NCBI GenBank assembly: GCA_964453605.1
Contig: CAYVOI010000001.1
Span: 804,095-868,094, forward strand
Direction of reading: 5' to 3'
DNA: 64,000 bases
DNA from: an uncultured Gammaproteobacteria bacterium
Lineage (GTDB): Bacteria; Patescibacteriota; Patescibacteriia; Veblenbacterales; UBA10138
The notes under the pieces are model-generated. The model was not told where the DNA came from, searched no databases, and saw only the letters and a list, made by a program, of their open reading frames with translations. Shown in pieces: positions 55,940-63,883 of this stretch. Each line of letters opens with the position of its first letter. The first letter of the stretch is position 1. Made by a program: the position numbers and the translations under genes.

Positions 55940-56581
55940 TTATCCAGTGCGCAGATTTCTAACCCTCATGGAGGGGGGAAGTCTGAGTTTTTTGGGATAG
56001 TCGGAAACAATTTTTTTTATGTGTCCATAGTCCAAATCATCCCCAAACTCAGACAAAATAATCGCAGCTATCTCTTTTATGGTTTTCCCTTTTCTCGCTA
56101 AATTATATACTGCCTTATCGCGTTGCAATGTCTGCCAAGGTTTATTTATTAACCTCCGCCCCCTCAGATCAGAGTACTTATAGGTAGACTTGATGTGCTC
56201 AGTAACGGCCTCACCGTTATTTTGTTCGTCATCTCCAGCCAGTCGAATACGCTCACCTTTATCGGGGTCAATTGAGCTACTACCGGTAAGCACATATTCC
56301 TCTAAAAACCAAGTCCATCCCCTATGCAGCTTAAATTTTTTCCTCAACTCAGCGATGTCATTGGTAAAGCTAACGTCATTCATCATGCGCTCAAGGTAAC
56401 TATCATAGGATTCATCATTTCCTCTTTCATACTCGTCTGGGTTAATTGACCGATCAATATTCCAAGTCACTCTTATTTTATCAACTTCAACGTCAAAAAA
56501 GGGATTGGCTAAAAGTATCTGTACCCTTGGGTTGGATACCGCTCGTTGATCCCTGTGTGGCCATTTTAATTCGCCGCGCAT
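55940..56581 (-). CDS. Hypothetical protein with C-terminal HTH-like region
   Basis: RDKAVYNLARKGKTIKEIAAII...YGHIKKIVS. Confidence 0.7.
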   Translation of the reverse strand: MRGELKWPHRDQRAVSNPRVQILLANPFFDVEVDKIRVTWNIDRSINPDEYERGNDESYDSYLERMMNDVSFTNDIAELRKKFKLHRGWTWFLEEYVLTGSSSIDPDKGERIRLAGDDEQNNGEAVTEHIKSTYKYSDLRGRRLINKPWQTLQRDKAVYNLARKGKTIKEIAAIILSEFGDDLDYGHIKKIVSDYPKKLRLPPSMRVRNLRTG

Positions 56582-56678
56582 GATTGTATTTTAGCTCAAA
56601 AATAGTATAATACAACCACAACTAAATAATTCTAGCAGTAGCCTAAACTCAGCCGCCTGGCTGGGCATGGCTCAAAAG

Positions 56679-56778
56679 CCTTTCCAGATATTAAGCTCTC
56701 CGTTCAGAGCCCTGGAAAGGTCATGCGCCGAAAGGTGCATGGGGTCGCAAGACTCACTGGCGGGGAGCTTTGTGTATT
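56679..56778 (+). ncRNA. Candidate four-way-junction leader RNA with three GNRA tetraloops
   Basis: AAGCTCTCCG/CGGGGAGCTT closes CCT-GGAA-AGG, CATGCGCC-GAAA-GGTGCATG and GGGTC-GCAA-GACTC; TATAAT at 56606. Confidence 0.55.
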
Positions 56779-56791
56779 CCTCTCACAATCT

Positions 56792-57655
56792 ATGTACAAA
56801 TTGTTAACAATTCTTACCCTTGTGATGCTATTAGGAGCGGGCTGCGCCTCACCGGTTTCAGAAGAAAACCCTTCAATTGGTCTAGTCAATCAGCAACAGG
56901 TATCAAACGAGCCAGCAATTGGGTCAACGTTATTTCAAAATCCACAAACAGATAAAAAAATCCAGGCACTTCAAGAACAACTTGATGCTACTAAGAAAGA
57001 GCTTGACTCGCTGAAAAAAAACAGCGCAGACAACAATAACACCTCGGCGGTGGTGGCAAAGTGGCGGCCGCAAGTAGCACTAATTACATGTAGCTGGTTT
57101 TACGCGGGTACAGCCCAATATCTAGTTCAAAGTGGTTCGGGTCTGTTATATAGGGTTCCACCAACCGATACAATTGTTGTGGCAACAAATCGTCATGTGT
57201 TCACTGATCCGTATGGTAATAGCCCAACAAAATGTTCAGTAAAGTTTCCCGATGATGTAAACTTTTTCGATGTATCGAGTGCTACGCCAAGTGAAAACGG
57301 TACGGACTTTGGTTTACTCGGAATAAAGCAGCCCGATGAATATCTGATAAGTATTGCTTCCCGTTTAGACAGCAAATCTTTTCTATGTATAGATAAACCG
57401 GAAATTGGTGATAGTGTTGTTATACTAGGTTACCCTGTTAATGGTTCATCAACAGATATTACCGCAACCGAAGGTATAATATCCGGATTTGACGGTGATT
57501 ATTATATTACGTCGGCGAAAGTTGAACACGGAGACTCAGGTGGTGCAGCAATATTAACAAGTAAGAATTGTTCGCTGGGATTACCAACCTCAGTCGTTCC
57601 AGGACAGCTTGAGTCGTTGGCACGAATCCTGCCTTGGCAAATTACTGCGAAATAA
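56792..57655 (+). CDS. Lipoprotein with trypsin-like serine protease domain
   Basis: LLGAGC lipobox from ATG 56792; coiled coil; GSG, ATNRHV, TDFG, HGDSGG. Confidence 0.88.
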   Translation: MYKLLTILTLVMLLGAGCASPVSEENPSIGLVNQQQVSNEPAIGSTLFQNPQTDKKIQALQEQLDATKKELDSLKKNSADNNNTSAVVAKWRPQVALITCSWFYAGTAQYLVQSGSGLLYRVPPTDTIVVATNRHVFTDPYGNSPTKCSVKFPDDVNFFDVSSATPSENGTDFGLLGIKQPDEYLISIASRLDSKSFLCIDKPEIGDSVVILGYPVNGSSTDITATEGIISGFDGDYYITSAKVEHGDSGGAAILTSKNCSLGLPTSVVPGQLESLARILPWQITAK

Positions 57656-57728
57656 CAACCTATCCAAAATACCTGGGGCGAAAGTCCCGACCTAGCGGCG
57701 AGCTTTGTGTATTTAGTGGGGTACGACT

Positions 57729-58493
57729 ATGAAAAAACTATTATTTATTCTACCGGTTTTGATTCTGGTTGGTGCTGGCTGTACTGAGCAGTCTCTCGGC
57801 ACTCTGGATCACAACACAAATGGAATAAGCAATGCTTTAACCCATAGTATTTCTATACAACCCGGCACAGTAGGTTATGAACTAAGTCACCAATCGGACT
57901 ATCCGAGGAAGCAAAACACATCAATAGAAACTGCTACACCAGTGAGTAAATCAACGAGACAAACTATAAAGAAAGTTTACAAATCACCAACTGTACCCGC
58001 CACAGATAACGACGTTTACTGTAATGGTTCATCCTGGACTCCTTGCCCACCTGGACAACAGTTTTACTGCCCACCAGCCGGCAGTGCCCAATGTATAACG
58101 CCACAAGCCATCCAAGCGCCAACGGTAAGTTACCAAGAGAGGTGTATCGAGGACGGCATGAAGTTAATAAAATATCCGGACTATGATCGGTTAAATAAGC
58201 AACAGAGCGCATTGACTAAAGTATCCGAGGGGAAGAAGGCGGACATCACCGCCGACGAGTGGGCTGCACTTACATCGACACAACTTAATGCTATCAATAG
58301 TGGCGACCTAAAATTACTTGAATCTGCTGGTGATGAAGTCGCAGCTGGGGAGAAGTATGCAGATGTCCAGCTTGGACAAATTTCAAATATGACTGAGCAG
58401 ATTGGGGTGATGTGTGGCGCAATCTCAACAGAGGGTCAGATGGTATATGAATTACAGCAGATACAGCAAGCTATAAACAGATTGTCACAATAG
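57729..58493 (+). CDS. Lipoprotein with Cys-rich module
   Basis: LVGAGC lipobox; YCNGSSWTPCPPGQQFYCP..C; helical tail. Confidence 0.8.
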   Translation: MKKLLFILPVLILVGAGCTEQSLGTLDHNTNGISNALTHSISIQPGTVGYELSHQSDYPRKQNTSIETATPVSKSTRQTIKKVYKSPTVPATDNDVYCNGSSWTPCPPGQQFYCPPAGSAQCITPQAIQAPTVSYQERCIEDGMKLIKYPDYDRLNKQQSALTKVSEGKKADITADEWAALTSTQLNAINSGDLKLLESAGDEVAAGEKYADVQLGQISNMTEQIGVMCGAISTEGQMVYELQQIQQAINRLSQ

Positions 58494-58526
58494 GGTTTAC
58501 TTATTTCACTCTTTTACCACAATCTT

Positions 58527-58790
58527 ATGGGTTACATAGAAGAAAACGGCGAGTACAAGTACAAGCGAACATCGGTTGACGCTTGGGGGTTTGTCATATA
58601 CCTCATACCAGGTGTTATCCTCTACTTCAGTTTCAATCAGTCACTACTCGCCATGTTGGTTTGGTTGGTGGGGTTAGTGGCTTACGGCATATTTTACTGC
58701 ATTGATTACATTGGATTTGTCGGTAGAGACATACATGAGATAAGAAAAACGTTAGATACTATAGCAAATGGTTTGAAGGATAAAAGTTGA
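58527..58790 (+). CDS. Small two-TM membrane protein
   Basis: Two hydrophobic helices and a short coiled tail. Confidence 0.7.
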   Translation: MGYIEENGEYKYKRTSVDAWGFVIYLIPGVILYFSFNQSLLAMLVWLVGLVAYGIFYCIDYIGFVGRDIHEIRKTLDTIANGLKDKS

Positions 58791-58808
58791 GTAGTCTAGG
58801 TGAGTTAT

Positions 58809-58835
58809 CAAAAAACGAGCCTTTGCTCGTTTTTT
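58809..58835. terminator. Bidirectional terminator
   Basis: AAAAAACGAGC-cttt-GCTCGTTTTTT between convergent genes. Confidence 0.8.
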
Positions 58836-58862
58836 GATAGCCTCATCGAGGCTACTAAAACA

Positions 58863-59525
58863 TCAGCTAAACGGTCGGGCGCTACCATCACCTGAGTATG
58901 AGAGGTTCTGCATATCCCATAATAGATACGGTATAGCAGACCTCTGCTCATTTGTTGAAACAGAAGTCACTAGATCGGAGATATTACGTGAAAATTCTGA
59001 TCTCCCCTTACCTATAGCCTCGTCTACTGAGTGATCTTTTAGAAGTGAGGTCATGATTAAATTAGATGGACCGAGAAATAGATCTGCTAGTTGGTCCACC
59101 TCAGGACGCGTCCTCTTCTCGAGGGTATAACTCAGGATAAAAGGTTGTTGATAGCCAATATATGCGAAGGCACCTTTAGCTGTACAATTTGGCCCTAAGA
59201 TACTCATTGAACTACAAGCTAATGCATATACAATTTTACCTTCGAGTAAATTCTCATTATCATCAGATACCACCAAAGGTTCGTTATCGTGACCCGTAAC
59301 ACACGTTTCATTGCCATGCCCGTTTAAAAAAACAAGCGACGGCCGCTGTTTAATCAACATACTTTCGAAAGTTTTTCTATTTGCTTTTTTCTTTTCCAAA
59401 TCTAGAACAGTCTTACCCTTCTGCTCTGCAAAATCGACAATCTTTTTTGCCCAAGTTGATAAGTAACGAGTCGCATAATCGTAATCAGGTCTAGTAACAA
59501 GTAAAATACCTCTCATATCATACAT
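58863..59525 (-). CDS. Putative clan CD (caspase/gingipain C25-like) cysteine protease
   Basis: VFLNGHG (H70) and VYALACSS (C104), GAFAYIGY, terminal YSGD; no signal peptide. Confidence 0.7.
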   Translation of the reverse strand: MYDMRGILLVTRPDYDYATRYLSTWAKKIVDFAEQKGKTVLDLEKKKANRKTFESMLIKQRPSLVFLNGHGNETCVTGHDNEPLVVSDDNENLLEGKIVYALACSSMSILGPNCTAKGAFAYIGYQQPFILSYTLEKRTRPEVDQLADLFLGPSNLIMTSLLKDHSVDEAIGKGRSEFSRNISDLVTSVSTNEQRSAIPYLLWDMQNLSYSGDGSARPFS

Positions 59526-59739
59526 CTTGGTTTTGATACATGAATCCTTCTTTAAGCGCTCTTAGGTAATTTAATTGAACCTCAATGATCTTTTTACCAA
59601 TTTCATCACCTATCCGAATATGCTCAATGATCTGCTCCTTGCTCAAGTCACCATGATCACCAAAAGAAACACCAACCCCTTCCGGCGTGGCTTCAATTCG
59701 AGCTATCACTATCTCTTTTACCTCTTCTTCCCTAGCCAT
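59518..59739 (-). CDS. Small 73-aa protein coupled to the protease gene
   Basis: Starts 2 bp after the 61-aa gene and overlaps the protease start. Confidence 0.8.
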   Translation of the reverse strand: MAREEEVKEIVIARIEATPEGVGVSFGDHGDLSKEQIIEHIRIGDEIGKKIIEVQLNYLRALKEGFMYQNQDV

Positions 59740-59741
59740 AC

Positions 59742-59927
59742 CTATATAAAATTCAACTCGATGAGTTTATTAAATATTTCCTGACCCGAGGGAGTCTCCG
59801 CCTTAATCTCTAAATAAGCAGCATTCCAGGTTATGGGTCCTTTGTCAGGTAAAACCAAGATGACCTCATCCCTTGTGCCAAGGGGTAAGTTCGAGTATAC
59901 CTTCAGAAACCTATCTTTATTCTCCAT
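59742..59927 (-). CDS. Small 61-aa protein, first gene of the protease cassette
   Basis: ATG downstream of a consensus promoter; pattern similar to the 73-aa protein. Confidence 0.8.
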   Translation of the reverse strand: MENKDRFLKVYSNLPLGTRDEVILVLPDKGPITWNAAYLEIKAETPSGQEIFNKLIELNFI

Positions 59928-59984
59928 CGTAGGTTTATCTAAGTATCCTTCCTAGTCTCACCGCAGCCGTTATTATGTAACATT

Positions 59985-60013
59985 ATTATAGAGGTTTTAT
60001 GAAACACTGTCAA
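59985..60013 (-). promoter_or_regulatory. Perfect sigma70 promoter for the three-gene cassette
   Basis: TTGACA (60008-60013), 17 bp, TATAAT (59985-59990). Confidence 0.85.
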
Positions 60014-60308
60014 TCAAATTTCTGCTCGTAGAGTTTGGGGGATTTACAAAAAAATCACAAAATTCCGTCTCACGTCCTCCGGATGAGGAGGGCTGAAAAG
60101 ACGATCGTTTTCATTTTCCACCCACCAACGAGAGGGTTCCAAAATTTTTAGACAACTTTACAACTTAGACCGCTGGTCTGAGGTCACAGGCCTGGAATAT
60201 AGCCTGAAAGGCTAGTATCTCCTGGACTAAGGCGTTCCAGTTTGCTATCATTAGGTCAACCAAATTAAAATCTTCCACATAGACCTAGGTACCTAGGCCA
60301 ATGTCACC

Positions 60309-60332
60309 AACGCCCCGCAAGGGGCGTTTGTG
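60309..60332 (+). terminator. Terminator displaced from tRNA-fMet by the element
   Basis: AACGCCCC-GCAA-GGGGCGTT-TGTG, about 40 bp right of the att repeat. Confidence 0.65.
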
Positions 60333-60345
60333 TTATGATAGCTGT

Positions 60346-61095
60346 ATGGATTCGATAACTGAAAAAAATCAACAAGCATACGATGATCGCGCCGATGCAT
60401 GGCAGGCGGCTTTAAGCACCAATGTTAGCCATTGGTATTTAGAGAAACCTGCAATGGTTGATCTGCTGCCGCCAACGCTTGTGGGCAAACGGGTGCTCTG
60501 TATAGGTGTCGGTACGGGCGACGAACTAGAGGAGATCTTTCAACGTCACCCCGATTCTGTTGTCGGAATCGATATGTCCGTGAAACTCATGGACATAGCA
60601 AGGGTTAAATTTCCAACTACGGAATTTCAGCAAATGGACATGCTACAGCTAAGATTCCCGGATAAAAGTTTTGACTTCATATACTCAAGCTTAACATTTC
60701 ACTATACAAGAGACTGGGACATACTTCTCGGAGAAGTAAATCGCGTGCTCGTGGATAATGGCGAATTACTTTTTTCTACGCACCATCCGGGGTATTGGGG
60801 TCTCAAGCCAGCGACAGGCAATACTTTTGTTAATCCCCGCGAGGTGCGCACGACCGAGCACACGGCGATTTTACCTGGGCAGGTAGGGATTACTTATTAC
60901 AATCACAAAAATGAAGAAGCCATCAAAGATGCTGTCGAGCATGCTGGTTTTAAGATAGAAGAGGCTTTCGTCCCACTTGTTGTTGAAGTTGCGCTAAGCG
61001 ACTTACCACCTGAACACATCGAGGGTTATAAGGTTTTAAAGACAAGGAACGAGAAAACTCCACTTTTTTATATAGTGAAAGCTCAAAAATTGTAA
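60346..61095 (+). CDS. Class I SAM-dependent methyltransferase
   Basis: VLCIGVGTG, GIDMS, FPDKSFDFIYSSLTFHY, RVLVDNG; start ATG 60346. Confidence 0.9.
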   Translation: MDSITEKNQQAYDDRADAWQAALSTNVSHWYLEKPAMVDLLPPTLVGKRVLCIGVGTGDELEEIFQRHPDSVVGIDMSVKLMDIARVKFPTTEFQQMDMLQLRFPDKSFDFIYSSLTFHYTRDWDILLGEVNRVLVDNGELLFSTHHPGYWGLKPATGNTFVNPREVRTTEHTAILPGQVGITYYNHKNEEAIKDAVEHAGFKIEEAFVPLVVEVALSDLPPEHIEGYKVLKTRNEKTPLFYIVKAQKL

Positions 61096-61250
61096 GCATC
61101 ACTCGAATCCGTACAATCGCTATCGTTCATTGCAGCCATTGAGTTGGAATCACAATTTTTCCGGGGCCTTTCATAATCCTGGTTGCAATAACGTCCACGA
61201 TGCCCAACCAAAGCAAAGCGCCTCACCGCATGGTGGGGCGGTTTGCTTTC

Positions 61251-61302
61251 TGGTGTGCTAGAGTGAGCGAGTGAACTGCTTCACTCGCGTTGGGATTCGA
61301 AC
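61251..61302 (-). other. tRNA-3'-end-like fragment interrupted by a hairpin
   Basis: Minus strand GTTCGAATCCC-AAC-GCGAGTGAA.GCAG.TTCACTCGC-TCACTCTAGCACACCA followed by a terminator-like hairpin (61208-61250). Confidence 0.4.
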
Positions 61303-61464
61303 GCCGGAGCGATGCCCAGCCAGCTGGCGGGGCCGCGAGGCGGTGGCTAGCCCGACGAGCACGGCGGTGCGAGGAGAGGCAAAGCCGAAGCCCCTAAAAT
61401 AAAACCTTTCACTGGATAGTCTGGACGTAGCAAGCATCATATGGTATAAGCAATAGGCAACTAT

Positions 61465-61541
61465 GGCAGGGTAGCTCAGTTGGTTAGAGCGAGGGACTCA
61501 TAAGCCCTAGGTCGTGGGTTCGATTCCCACCCCTGCTACCA
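61465..61541 (+). tRNA. tRNA with CAT anticodon (elongator Met or Ile2)
   Basis: GGCAGGG...AGGGA-CTCATAA-GCCCT...GGTTCGATTCCCAC-CCCTGCT-ACCA. Confidence 0.92.
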
Positions 61542-61706
61542 GAGCACAGAACCTCATGGCACACGCTATGGGGTTGTGTGCTGTTATTAATGGCTAAGTT
61601 GAGGCACAAAGTACTACCTTTCAACAGCTACCAGTAGCACCAGGCCGGAAAAATTGCTATCCTAAAGCCACCTGAAACTGAAGGTATCTGAAAGGAGGTG
61701 ACGAGT

Positions 61707-61970
61707 ATGATGGCACACAACAAAGGTCTCCACATGGTAACGTGGATTCTCATCATCGTCGGAGGTCTGAACTGGCTCCTGGTTGGGCTGTTCAACTGGG
61801 GTATTGGTAACCTCTTCACCGGATCAGCCATGTGGGTAGCACAGCTTATCTACATCTTGGTGGGACTCTCCGCAATTTACGAAATCGCCACCCACGGTGG
61901 CCGCTGCAAGGAGTGCGAACAAATGGGTAGCAAGCCGATGGGCGGTATGGGTACACCCATGAACTCCTAA
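61707..61970 (+). CDS. DUF378-family small membrane protein
   Basis: LIIVGGLNWLLVGLF...IYILVGLSAIY; strong SD AAGGAGGTG upstream; terminator at about 61990-62020. Confidence 0.88.
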   Translation: MMAHNKGLHMVTWILIIVGGLNWLLVGLFNWGIGNLFTGSAMWVAQLIYILVGLSAIYEIATHGGRCKECEQMGSKPMGGMGTPMNS

Positions 61971-62061
61971 ACTTGAACTAACTACACCTAACCAGTCCGC
62001 CTCGGGCGGACTGGTTTTGTATAGCGGCCATGCATGGTACCATAGCAAATAACGCGAGCAT

Positions 62062-62511
62062 ATGTACCTGAGCGTTCACACCACTGCCGGCCTCCTCATA
62101 GCGGGTACTACCCAAAACCCAATCTTGGGGTTTGTTGCTGGTTTGGCCTCACACGTCGTGCTCGACCTGGTACCCCACGGTGACGAACTACCGACCCACT
62201 TCACTAGACCACAAGTTCTACGGCGTCTCTTGGGGGCAGCCGTGCTCGATACCACAGTGGCCGCAGTGCTCCTCTTGGTGTACGCAACGGCCGGCCACGC
62301 CTTTAACGTAACCACGCTGGCTACACTGGCCGGCTGCCTGCTACCTGACGCACTTGAAGGCACCTACCTTATCACACAAACCAAGTGGCTGAGCTGGTTC
62401 TCACACCTGCACGGCAAGCTCCACAACTTCACCAAGGTCAAACTCCGCTGGCAAACAGGCATGCTCATCCAGTGCCTCACCCTTACGGCTCTGTGGCTCC
62501 TGGCACTCTAG
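62062..62511 (+). CDS. Membrane-bound metal-dependent hydrolase-like protein
   Basis: H...SHVVLDLVPH...LPD...H..LH pattern within TM helices. Confidence 0.7.
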   Translation: MYLSVHTTAGLLIAGTTQNPILGFVAGLASHVVLDLVPHGDELPTHFTRPQVLRRLLGAAVLDTTVAAVLLLVYATAGHAFNVTTLATLAGCLLPDALEGTYLITQTKWLSWFSHLHGKLHNFTKVKLRWQTGMLIQCLTLTALWLLAL

Positions 62512-62548
62512 CGTAAGCGAGCAAAGCGGAATCTGGTATACTACACGT

Positions 62549-63883
62549 ATGAAATTGAACCACGCCCCCAAAGCCTGGGTTGTAGCTGTGGACATGGGCT
62601 ACGGCCATGAACGCGCGGCCTATGGCCTTAAAGAACTCTCCTACGGCCCGGTACTCATCGCCAACAACTACCCCGGCATTCCCAAAGCGGAACGCCAGCA
62701 CTGGACTGAGCTCAGGAAGCTCTACGAAACGGTATCGCGCTTTAAGTCCGTACCAGTAGTTGGAAATTTGCTGTTCGACGCCATGGACCAGTTCCAGCAG
62801 ATTGAGCTGTTCTACCCCAGGCGCGACCTCAGTGCCCCCAACCTGCAGCTCAAGCAAACCTACAGCCTCATTCGCAAAGGCTTGGGCCGTCACCTCATCG
62901 AGCTCGCCCAAAAACACCCCCTACCCCTAGTAGCTACGTTCTTCCAAGCTGCCTTCGCCGCCGAGGAGCTCGACTACCCGAACGACATTTACTGCGTGAT
63001 TTGTGACGCTGACTGCAGCCGCACCTGGGCGCCCCTGAACCCCCACCAGAGCCGTATTAAGTACTTCGCACCGAACGGCAGAGTGGTCGAACGCCTGAAG
63101 CTCTACGGTGTCAGGCCCGAGAACATCTACCTCACTGGTTTTCCCCTCCCCAAGGAGCTCATCGGCGGGCCCAAAATACCGGTTATCAAGCGCGACCTGT
63201 CCCGGAGGCTTCAGAACTTGGACCCGAAAGGTATTTTCGATGATAAATATGGCAGCACGGTAGCAAGGTACCTTGGGAAAAATTGGCGGAACCTAGACCA
63301 CAAGCACCCACTAACCGTAACCTTTTCTTTAGGTGGGGCTGGTGCGCAGCGCAACCTGGCCCTCCAGGTAGCCGAAAGCCTTGGCACTAAAATAGCCCAG
63401 GGGAAAATTCGCCTGAACATTGTAACCGGCACACACCACGACGCGCTGCTCTACTACCGCCAGGGTATCAAAGACCTGCATCTCAACAAGTACCTCGGTG
63501 GCTACCTAAACATTGTGCACCAAAAAAGTAGGAACGAGTACTTCCTGCAGTTTAGTGAACTACTCCACACTACCGATATTCTCTGGACCAAACCGTCAGA
63601 ACTTTCCTTCTACACTGGCCTTGGGCTCCCCATTATCGTTGCTCCACCCATAGGCAGCCAAGAGCAGTTCAACAAACTGTGGCTGCAGAACGTGGGCGGT
63701 GGCATAACCCAGAACGACCCCCGCTACACCGACGAATGGCTCTTCGACTGGGTGGAATCAGGTGGTCTGGCTCGCACGGCTTGGAACGGTTTTCTCGAGG
63801 CCCCCACTCACGGCGCTTACCGCATAGATAGCCTGATCACGGGTAAAAAGGTTGAGCTTGAACAACTGCCGCTAATTGTGTAA
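62549..63883 (+). CDS. GT-B glycosyltransferase-like protein (MGDG synthase/UgtP-related)
   Basis: DMGYGHERAA, VICDAD...W, LTGFP, GGAG, DILWTKPSE, PIGSQEQFN. Confidence 0.75.
   Translation: MKLNHAPKAWVVAVDMGYGHERAAYGLKELSYGPVLIANNYPGIPKAERQHWTELRKLYETVSRFKSVPVVGNLLFDAMDQFQQIELFYPRRDLSAPNLQLKQTYSLIRKGLGRHLIELAQKHPLPLVATFFQAAFAAEELDYPNDIYCVICDADCSRTWAPLNPHQSRIKYFAPNGRVVERLKLYGVRPENIYLTGFPLPKELIGGPKIPVIKRDLSRRLQNLDPKGIFDDKYGSTVARYLGKNWRNLDHKHPLTVTFSLGGAGAQRNLALQVAESLGTKIAQGKIRLNIVTGTHHDALLYYRQGIKDLHLNKYLGGYLNIVHQKSRNEYFLQFSELLHTTDILWTKPSELSFYTGLGLPIIVAPPIGSQEQFNKLWLQNVGGGITQNDPRYTDEWLFDWVESGGLARTAWNGFLEAPTHGAYRIDSLITGKKVELEQLPLIV

Larger units (their letters stand above)
51637..60266. mobile_element. 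8.6-kb integrative element inserted at the tRNA-fMet 3' end
   Basis: Direct repeat CAACCAAATT at 51637-51646 and 60257-60266; integrase, prim-pol/helicase, HTH gene and AT-richer cargo inside; a terminator hairpin follows the right repeat. Confidence 0.85.

Noticed and set aside
60060-60120. GTCCTCC-GGATGA-GGAGGGC-TGAAA as a hammerhead ribozyme
   Set aside because: The core CTGATGA is not matched and the other stems cannot be built.
51610-61533. Near-identical T arms of the two CAT tRNAs as attL/attR
   Set aside because: Both tRNAs are complete with their own promoters; the 10-bp repeat at 60257 explains the boundary better because it restores both the integrase frame and the tRNA terminator.
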